Positions 1-5,321 are shown, counted from the stretch's first letter. The stretch is 14,441 nt of DNA from an uncultured archaeon (GCA_964421955.1 CAYQYU010000017.1:1-14441); one strand, 5' to 3'. Made by a program: numbers and translations. Notes: generated from the letters alone by a model not told the origin.

Positions 1-54
1 GATTGAACTGACAGCAGTTCGAGCCCGCAGGGATTGAACCCTGGACCTAGCGGT

Positions 55-148
55 GTCTTCTGTCGAAAATCGGAGATTTTCTTGGTCCTCGTTCTCCTGC
101 GGAGAACTTGAGGTCTTGGTCCTCGTTCTCTGGTGAGAACTAGAGGTT
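55..148 (-). other. 94-nt tRNA intron at canonical position 37/38
   Basis: Central helix CUUC(32-35)/GAAG near the intron 3' end; splice sites GG|A and AC|A. The upper helix is not formed (relaxed, BHL-like). The intron consists of hairpins A, A and B. Confidence 0.9.
81..147. repeat. Tandem duplication of palindromic hairpin module A (34 + 33 nt)
   Basis: cttggtcctcgttctcctgcggagaacttgaggt (81..114) is followed by cttggtcctcgttctctggtgagaactagaggt (115..147). On the RNA strand each folds CCUC-(AA/UA bulge)-GUUCUC-loop-GAGAAC-GAGG. Confidence 0.92.
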
Positions 149-211
149 CCGAAGCCGCTCGCTCTGTCCGGGCTGAGCTACGGGCCCATGAAAAGGGTTG
201 TCACTGGAATT

Positions 212-221
212 CTTAAATAAA
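212..221 (-). promoter_or_regulatory. Putative TATA box of tRNA-Arg(TCG)
   Basis: TTTATTTAAG on the minus strand, about 25-34 nt upstream of the mature 5' end, with the same spacing as at the other two tRNAs. Confidence 0.55.
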
Positions 222-229
222 GTTGGAGA

Positions 230-568
230 TTACCTTTTGTTCTGGATTCTCTTCAGGCATTTATCGCACCTGTTCGACAGATCTTTGATATTCTGTTCCG
301 TGTCTATGCTGCCGAGATCCAGTTCATCGACGTACTCCAGAAGACTGTCATGGTTAAAACCACGTCTCTCCATCTCTTCCACGAGCTCGTCGTGCCGCTT
401 TTTTATCAGGGAGGTGTCTACCTGTTGTTTCTCGGCGTGACCTTTCACAATCTTGAGTCCGTGTGGATGGTTCTCTAAGGTTCCTGCTTCCTGGTGCATC
501 TCCCGGTGTTCCCCAAGCAGATGTTGGTCACACATAAGTTCCGGATCAACACCCCACATTCTTGTCAC
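230..568 (-). CDS. Pyrimidine-dimer DNA glycosylase, T4 endonuclease V (DenV)-like
   Basis: N-terminus MTRMWGVDPELMCDQHLLGEHRE is in register with T4 DenV [23 protein letters not shown] (Thr2, Arg3, Arg22, Glu23 conserved). GTG start preceded by AGAGGGG; C-terminal CxxC. Confidence 0.8.
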   Translation of the reverse strand: MTRMWGVDPELMCDQHLLGEHREMHQEAGTLENHPHGLKIVKGHAEKQQVDTSLIKKRHDELVEEMERRGFNHDSLLEYVDELDLGSIDTEQNIKDLSNRCDKCLKRIQNKR

Positions 569-632
569 AGATTTCCCCTCTATTGAATTGGGCTGCCGGA
601 GCTTCTTAAATGCGGATGTTCCGGATTAAGCT

Positions 633-1847
633 GTGAAATCAAACCATACTATAAGGACCCTGTTCCTAACTGTTCTGGCGGAGATAATCGGTTTCGGCAT
701 ACTCATACCTATTGTACCTCTTCTATTCACCGAGCCCAGTTCCCAGTACTTTATTCTTCCAGGGAAGTACTCTCTTGACACGGGATACATCCTCCTCGGC
801 CTTTTGATAGGTCTATACCCGTTAAGCCAGTTCTTCGCGACACCTATACTCGGAGAACTGAGCGATATATACGGCCGCAGGAAGGTCATCCAGGTCTCTA
901 TCGTGGGAACTATTGTTTCAACATTGATCTTTGCGTTCGGTCTCATGACCGCGAACATTCCTCTGCTTTTCCTGTCAAGGGTTTCGAATGGGTTAACCGG
1001 CGGCCTGATCTCGGTTGCCCAGGCCACGATCGCCGATGTCTCTGAAAGAGACGATAAGTCGAGAAACTTCGGCATCCTGGGCGCTGCTTTTGGAACCGGA
1101 TTCATACTTGGGCCATTCCTCGGCGGCCTCCTCTCCTCCGGGATAATTCCTGCGTTCACGCTAACGACTCCTTTCTGGTTTGCCGCCGCCCTCTCCGCTG
1201 TGAGTTTGATCTATGTCTCCCTGAAGCTGGAGGAAACCAGTCCGATGGAGAACAGGCGAATCGACTGGAAAAAACCGTTAAACCAGATCTCCCGCGGCTT
1301 GGAAATCCCGGGATTGAGAAAACTCTTCGCGGCTAACTTCTTCTACTTCTCGGGTTTTGCCTTCTTCACCTCGTTCATTTCAGTTTTCCTGATCAAGAGA
1401 TTTAGCTTCACACAGTTCGATATCGGCAACTTTTTCCTCTACGTTGGCGTTCTGGTGATAATCGGCCAGACTGTGCTCGTTCCCAGGGTCTTCTCACGTT
1501 TCAAGGAGTCGAGGGTCATGCCTTACACCCTGTTCCTGACCGGTCTTTTCATCCTGCTACAGTTCTTCCCGTCCAATCTCTGGATATATCTCGCGATCAT
1601 ACCTTTCTTCGGCTTCAGTAATGCGTTGACTCAGGTCTCGCTCAACACTCTGGTATCCAACGGTGCTTCGGAGAAAGAACAGGGACTAGCGCTAGGGACT
1701 AACCAGAGTCTGCGGGCGCTAGGAAATGCGATACCGTCGATTCTCTCCGGAGTTTCGGCGGCGCTTTTCACACCCGGCACCCCTATACTTATCGCTGGCT
1801 CAATAGTGATACTCACGGCTATGGGATACAAATTAGTGACCAGGTAG
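633..1847 (+). CDS. MFS transporter, TetA/DHA1-like drug:H+ antiporter
   Basis: 404 aa with about 12 hydrophobic segments; motif A GELSDIYGRRK; antiporter motif C-like GFILGPFLGG. Confidence 0.92.
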   Translation: MKSNHTIRTLFLTVLAEIIGFGILIPIVPLLFTEPSSQYFILPGKYSLDTGYILLGLLIGLYPLSQFFATPILGELSDIYGRRKVIQVSIVGTIVSTLIFAFGLMTANIPLLFLSRVSNGLTGGLISVAQATIADVSERDDKSRNFGILGAAFGTGFILGPFLGGLLSSGIIPAFTLTTPFWFAAALSAVSLIYVSLKLEETSPMENRRIDWKKPLNQISRGLEIPGLRKLFAANFFYFSGFAFFTSFISVFLIKRFSFTQFDIGNFFLYVGVLVIIGQTVLVPRVFSRFKESRVMPYTLFLTGLFILLQFFPSNLWIYLAIIPFFGFSNALTQVSLNTLVSNGASEKEQGLALGTNQSLRALGNAIPSILSGVSAALFTPGTPILIAGSIVILTAMGYKLVTR

Positions 1848-1849
1848 AA

Positions 1850-1928
1850 CGAGCCTGGCGAGCCGAAAATCGAAAAACACGATTTTCTTGGTCCTCGTTC
1901 TCCTGCGGAGAACTTGAGGATTCGAACT
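1850..1928 (-). repeat. Duplicated 22-nt 3' end of tRNA-Arg(CCT), interrupted by a 57-nt A+B hairpin insert
   Basis: 1850..1862 = 1992..2004 (cgagcctggcgag) and 1920..1928 = 2005..2013 (attcgaact). The insert lies at 1863..1919 (or 1862..1918; junction ambiguous by 1 nt). Confidence 0.9.
1863..1919 (-). mobile_element. Miniature palindromic element (hairpins A+B), shared with the tRNA-Arg(TCG) intron
   Basis: 1881..1919 is identical to 75..113 (39 nt) and cgaaaatcg 1864..1872 = 64..72; only the B-hairpin loop differs. Mobility is inferred. Confidence 0.6.
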
Positions 1929-1931
1929 TGA

Positions 1932-1954
1932 CGGGATCTGGAGGGATTTGAACC
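1932..1954 (-). pseudogene. Orphan tRNA 3' fragment (partial T-arm plus acceptor 3' strand) of an unidentified tRNA
   Basis: Minus strand reads GGG-TTCAAAT-CCCTC-CAGATCC-CG: a canonical T-loop followed by 5 + 7 nt. It matches none of the three tRNAs in the window. Confidence 0.55.
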
Positions 1955-1983
1955 CGCCGAAAACCTATAGGTTTTCTTGGCGG
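1954..1983. repeat. B-type hairpin variant with AA bulge
   Basis: Minus strand CCGCC-AA-GAAAACC-TATA-GGTTTTC-GGCGG; same architecture as CC-AA-GAAAATC...GATTTTC-GG at 1863..1891. Confidence 0.8.
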
Positions 1984-1991
1984 TATCGAAT

Positions 1992-2196
1992 CGAGCCTGG
2001 CGAGATTCGAACTCGCGACCTCTCGGTATTTCCTCACAACTTTCTGAATGGAAAGCTGTTCAAGCACGCTTCTCCATCAGGAGAAGGTGCGTACCGAAGC
2101 TCACTAATTGTTCGCTTCTTGAACCGCCATCTCTCACGGATATTCGAGAAAGCGGTGTTAGGAACCGAGTGCTCTGTCCAGCTGAGCTACAGGCCC
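1992..2196 (-). tRNA. tRNA-Arg(CCT), intron-containing (exons 2159..2196 and 1992..2027)
   Basis: GGGCCTG/CAGGCTC acceptor + G73, D-arm GCTC-AGCTGGACA-GAGC, anticodon stem CTCGG/CCGAG with loop TT-CCT-A|A, and T-arm GCGAG-TTCGAAT-CTCGC. Spliced length 74 nt. Confidence 0.95.
2028..2158 (-). other. 131-nt tRNA intron at 37/38
   Basis: Central helix UUCC/GGAA, splice sites UA|A and AU|A, closing CAC/GUG; multibranched hairpin interior. Confidence 0.9.
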
Positions 2197-2221
2197 ACAA
2201 ACTTTACCAAGTTTGATCAGG

Positions 2222-2229
2222 CTTATAAG
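2222..2229 (-). promoter_or_regulatory. Putative TATA box of tRNA-Arg(CCT)
   Basis: CTTATAAG 26-33 nt upstream of the mature 5' end. Confidence 0.6.
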
Positions 2230-2358
2230 GCTCCAGCAGGTGCCTAGAGGAGTTTTGGGTCTGTCAATCTTTAATATCGGTCGAGGCCTGAAGGTTGCGC
2301 CGGATGATAGTTTTGCTATTTAACTGGCCCGGTTATTCTGGAACTGGGGGTGAGAAAG

Positions 2359-2493
2359 ATGTGTATGGACATCGAAGAGCTGGAACTTGAGTCCGAGACC
2401 GAGCAGGAAGGGGAGCTTAAGACAGTTGATGTGAAAATTGAGGACTCGGAAGAGGACAAGGAGCCGACCAGAATGAAAGCGATCCACTGGTAG
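2359..2493 (+). CDS. Small acidic hypothetical protein (44 aa), absent from the ORF track
   Basis: MCMDIEELELESETEQEGELKTVDVKIEDSEEDKEPTRMKAIHW*; strong SD GGGGGTGA at 2346..2353; T8 tract downstream. Confidence 0.7.
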   Translation: MCMDIEELELESETEQEGELKTVDVKIEDSEEDKEPTRMKAIHW

Positions 2494-2505
2494 ATCGCCT
2501 GACGG

Positions 2506-2513
2506 TTTTTTTT
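2506..2513 (+). terminator. Oligo-T archaeal terminator
   Basis: T8 run 12 nt after the stop of 2359..2493. Confidence 0.5.
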
Positions 2514-2570
2514 AGAGTTTAGCAGTCCAGGGCATGAAATATTTTAAATCTGCTAGAACGAGATTCATCT

Positions 2571-2907
2571 ATGAGCAGTTCGAGGCCTTGGCTTGAATGG
2601 GTAGAGGACGTTCTGGAGAGGCAGGGATATGAGGAACTGACCGAGAAAGTTCCGGATGAGAACAGGTACTTTATAGAGATATGAGGATGGGATAGCTGTT
2701 GTAGATGCTAATTCTAAAGAAGAGTTCTATTTCGATAGTCTGGAGCAGCTTTCACGGCGCTTGGAGTCATATAGCGAGGACGGTACTGGAAGTCTTGAGG
2801 TTGATGGAGATGAGGAGTTAGAAAGCGAGTTCTACATATATCTCAGGGACAATCCGGACGCCTGGGCAGGAACTATGAACCCTCTATCACTTGAGAATCA
2901 TGTCTAG
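2571..2907 (+). pseudogene. Frameshifted acidic hypothetical protein (about 112 aa if repaired)
   Basis: 2571..2684 encodes MSSSRPWLEWVEDVLERQGYEELTEKVPDENRYFIEI*. A +1 frame from 2677 continues RYEDGIAVVDANSKEEFYFDSLEQ...LENHV* to TAG at 2905..2907. The break lies in ATAGAGATAT. Confidence 0.6.
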
Positions 2908-3161
2908 TCTTCTTCCTCGTCCGCCAGCGCCTCGACAGGGTAGGTCTTGTCGCACTGTGGATAGCCTTCACATCCCCAGAAGTAACCGTAGCGGCCTTCA
3001 CGGATCTTCATCGGCATGCCGCACTCCGGGCACGCGACCTCTTTCGGCTCACGATCCTTGTGCTCCTTGCACACTGGCTGCCCGCTTTTGTTAGTCTTCG
3101 TCGCGTTTTCTCCGCAGAAGACGCATTTCGACATCTTTGTTTCTCCGGGCATATCTATCAA
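2904..3161 (-). CDS. Small double zinc-finger protein with a topoisomerase C4 Zn-ribbon domain
   Basis: CPECGMPMKIREGRYGYFWGCEGYPQC matches the zf-C4_Topoisom pattern; N-terminal CxxC...CxxH. The true start may be a downstream Met. Confidence 0.85.
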   Translation of the reverse strand: MIDMPGETKMSKCVFCGENATKTNKSGQPVCKEHKDREPKEVACPECGMPMKIREGRYGYFWGCEGYPQCDKTYPVEALADEEED

Positions 3162-3181
3162 ATCAAGTGAAAAATTATAAG

Positions 3182-4108
3182 TTAATTCTCGGCCTTCTTC
3201 TCTTTCACGTAGTCGCTTGCATTTAAGGCAGCGATGCAGCCGTGGCCCGAACTTACTGCGAGCTGCTGTGCGCCGCGTTCAACGACATCTCCTGCGGCGT
3301 AGAGCCCCTCCGTCCCGGTCTCCATTTTCCTGTTGACCTGGATGTAGCCGCTGTCGTTGGTCTCGACGAGATCAGTTATATCCGAGTTAGGGACGGTCCC
3401 GATCTCTACGAAGACGCCTGTGACTTCAAGTTCGTGCGTTTCGCCTTCTTTCTCGTATTCCATGCCTTCAACGAGGTTGTCGCCGTAGATTTTCTTGGTA
3501 GTTGCATTGCTGACAACCTCCACGTTTTCCGCATCTTGGACCTGTTCAATCGTTATTTTCTCTCCAGAGAGTTCCGACGAACGGTTGACGACGTAAACCT
3601 TCTCGGCGATATCCGAGAGGTAGACCGCGGCCTCAGTACCCGCGTAGCCTCCGCCGATGACGGCTACTGTTTCATCCTGATATAGTGGGCCGTCACACAC
3701 CGCGCAGTACGCTACTCCCTTGTTCAGGAACTCTTCCTCGCCAGGGACATCAAGTCTTCTTCTTGATCCGCCGGTCGCGATTATGACTGCGTGGGAATCA
3801 AAAACATTGCCGTCTTCTGTTTCGACCTCAAATTTTTCCCCTTTCCTCCGGATATCGGTGACCAGTGAGCCGACTTCTTCATCGACGTCGTAGTCTCTCA
3901 TGTGTTCGAGATATTTTTCTGCGAGGTCCGGACCGGAGATTGACTTGAACCCGAGATAGTTCTCCACCACGTCTGTATTGTTGATCTGGCCGCCGTACTC
4001 GTCCGCGACCACGAGAACATCCATACCGCTCCTGACAGCGTATATTGCGGCGGTCATCGCGGCGCTTGCACCGCCGACCACTATCAGGTCCCGGAAGTTT
4101 TTGTCCAT
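3182..4108 (-). CDS. trxB: Thioredoxin reductase-like FAD-dependent disulfide oxidoreductase
   Basis: GGQI..T..VENYLG, ATG motif, redox-active CAVCDG, GGGYAG, T...GLYAAGDV. ATG at 4108 is preferred over the upstream TTG at 4135. Confidence 0.88.
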   Translation of the reverse strand: MDKNFRDLIVVGGASAAMTAAIYAVRSGMDVLVVADEYGGQINNTDVVENYLGFKSISGPDLAEKYLEHMRDYDVDEEVGSLVTDIRRKGEKFEVETEDGNVFDSHAVIIATGGSRRRLDVPGEEEFLNKGVAYCAVCDGPLYQDETVAVIGGGYAGTEAAVYLSDIAEKVYVVNRSSELSGEKITIEQVQDAENVEVVSNATTKKIYGDNLVEGMEYEKEGETHELEVTGVFVEIGTVPNSDITDLVETNDSGYIQVNRKMETGTEGLYAAGDVVERGAQQLAVSSGHGCIAALNASDYVKEKKAEN

Positions 4109-4203
4109 ATCAAAATCCCTAATCCCGATATTCAAAAAACCATAAGTGAATCTCCGGTTACTGGTGACTTTTTGATAAAAATACGGGCCGTATTCTGGTT
4201 ACG

Positions 4204-5058
4204 GTGGATGATCTGAAGCGGAAAACAGCTATGATCTTGAAGGTCAGCAGACCCCTGGCGTGGCCAGTTTTCGCCATCATGTTTTCCGGAGGCCTCATCG
4301 TGTCAGGCGCGGGGACCACTCCTCTGCTCTTGCTACAGATAGCTGTTCTGACATTACCTTACAGCCTCGTGATCTACGGCCTCAACGATATCTACGACTT
4401 TGAGTCAGATGTCCGGAACGACAGGAAGGGAGGATTTGAGGGAGAAGTTCTACCGCCCCGGGACAGGCGGACGGTTCTGCACGCCGCAGTAATTTGTTCA
4501 GTACTTCTCCTTGCTGTATCCGCCCTGACTTTTAACCCGGTCAACTTTGCTGGCGCAGTGCTGCTCCTGGCCGGCGCGGTTCTCTACTCTGTACCTCCTT
4601 TCCGGTTGAAGGAGAGGCCGCCTCTTGATTCGGTTTCGAACGGTATTGGCTACATAATAATTCCAGCGGCGATGGGTTACTCCTTCGGAGCCAGTGTATG
4701 GGAGTTACCGGCAGAACTTCTCTGGATGTCTATCGTGGGAGTGGCCGTTCATTCAGTATCCACAATTGTTGACTACCGGCCGGATGCGGGGGCAGGATTC
4801 AAGACTTTTGCAACAAGATTCGGTAAAAGAAATACAGCGATCTTCGTGGCTTCAACAATCGTCTTGATCCTGGTATTCTCCCCGATCAACTCGCTGCTGG
4901 CAAATGTTTTCCTAACGGTCTTTCTAATCACCGCATTGATACTCGCTGTAAGGCCGGATGAAGAACTTGCCCGGAAGCTTTCGCTTTCCCTCTACAGCTC
5001 GGGGATGCTCCTGGCCACGGTTTATTTGATAAACTTAAGGTACACCCATATTTTTTAG
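4204..5058 (+). CDS. UbiA-family prenyltransferase, LyeJ/CrtEb (lycopene elongase)-like
   Basis: SRP..W, YGLNDIYDFESDVRNDRKGG.EG, YSVPPFRLKERPPLDS and a second acidic motif VDYRPD; polytopic membrane protein. Confidence 0.85.
   Translation: MDDLKRKTAMILKVSRPLAWPVFAIMFSGGLIVSGAGTTPLLLLQIAVLTLPYSLVIYGLNDIYDFESDVRNDRKGGFEGEVLPPRDRRTVLHAAVICSVLLLAVSALTFNPVNFAGAVLLLAGAVLYSVPPFRLKERPPLDSVSNGIGYIIIPAAMGYSFGASVWELPAELLWMSIVGVAVHSVSTIVDYRPDAGAGFKTFATRFGKRNTAIFVASTIVLILVFSPINSLLANVFLTVFLITALILAVRPDEELARKLSLSLYSSGMLLATVYLINLRYTHIF
5034..5039 (+). promoter_or_regulatory. Putative TATA box of tRNA-Gly, inside the 3' end of the UbiA gene
   Basis: (AAA)CTTAAG 26-31 nt upstream of 5065. Confidence 0.45.
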
Positions 5059-5086
5059 CGAGATGCGGCGTTGGTCCAGTGGCTAA

Positions 5087-5140
5087 AACCCGAGGTTTTA
5101 TGCCTCGCATAAGACGCTGGATGCGTCTTAGAGTGGCTAA
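5087..5140 (+). other. 54-nt non-canonical D-arm intron (position 22/23) bounded by a 9-bp direct repeat
   Basis: AGTGGCTAA occurs at 5078..5086 and 5132..5140. Removing 54 nt restores the D-arm. Symmetric BHB: GU-GGCU-AA|A-AC ... GU-GGCU-AA|G-AC. Confidence 0.8.
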
Positions 5141-5155
5141 GACACGACCTTGCCA

Positions 5156-5215
5156 ACTGATGACCTCCCCGAGGTCGGTGGAAAAAGAAGATCTCTGATC
5201 TTCGTCGGCGCAGAT
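5156..5215 (+). other. 60-nt tRNA intron at 37/38
   Basis: Central helix UUGC/GCAG, sites CA|A and AU|U, upper helix CUGAU/GUCGG. Internal hairpins GACCTC-CCC-GAGGTC and GAAGATC-TCT-GATCTTC. Confidence 0.9.
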
Positions 5216-5321
5216 TGGTCGTAACCGGGGTTCAAATCCCCGACGCCGCATTGGTTACGTTACGACAGCGCAATTTAAGGCTCTGGTAGATGCCGAGATT
5301 TACGAGAAAACTTGTGATGAT

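Larger units (their letters stand above)
20..187 (-). tRNA. tRNA-Arg(TCG), intron-containing (exons 149..187 and 20..54)
   Basis: Reverse complement folds as GGGCCCG/CGGGCTC acceptor stem + G73, D-arm GCTC-AGCCCGGACA-GAGC (A20 Arg identity), anticodon stem AGCGG/CCGCT with loop CT-TCG-G|A, and T-arm CAGGG-TTCAAT-CCCTG. Spliced length 74 nt, no encoded CCA. The T-loop is one base short. Confidence 0.93.
5065..5250 (+). tRNA. tRNA-Gly(GCC) with two introns (exons 5065..5086, 5141..5155, 5216..5250)
   Basis: GCGGCGT/ACGCCGC acceptor + A73, D-arm GTCC-AGTGGCTA-A|GAC, anticodon stem CGACC/GGTCG with loop TT-GCC-A|T, and T-arm CGGGG-TTCAAAT-CCCCG. Spliced length 72 nt. Confidence 0.93.

Noticed and set aside
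87-146. A modules as independently spliced nested BHB introns
   Set aside because: The CCUC/GAGG helix is 4 bp, but the bulge is 2 nt in the best fold and no lower helix forms.
81-147. CRISPR array
   Set aside because: Only two abutting units, no spacers, no cas genes, and it lies inside a tRNA intron.
188-1849. Genomic island carrying the glycosylase and MFS genes
   Set aside because: The tRNA 3' duplicate lies at 1850..1928, so these genes are outside the repeat pair. No integrase or second att site is visible.
1819-2247. ORFs 1819..2067, 1948..2247 and 1977..2216
   Set aside because: They overlap tRNA-Arg(CCT) and its repeats and have basic, non-host-like composition. No intron-encoded endonuclease motif is present.
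4928-5251. 107-aa minus-strand ORF
   Set aside because: Antisense to tRNA-Gly and the UbiA gene end.
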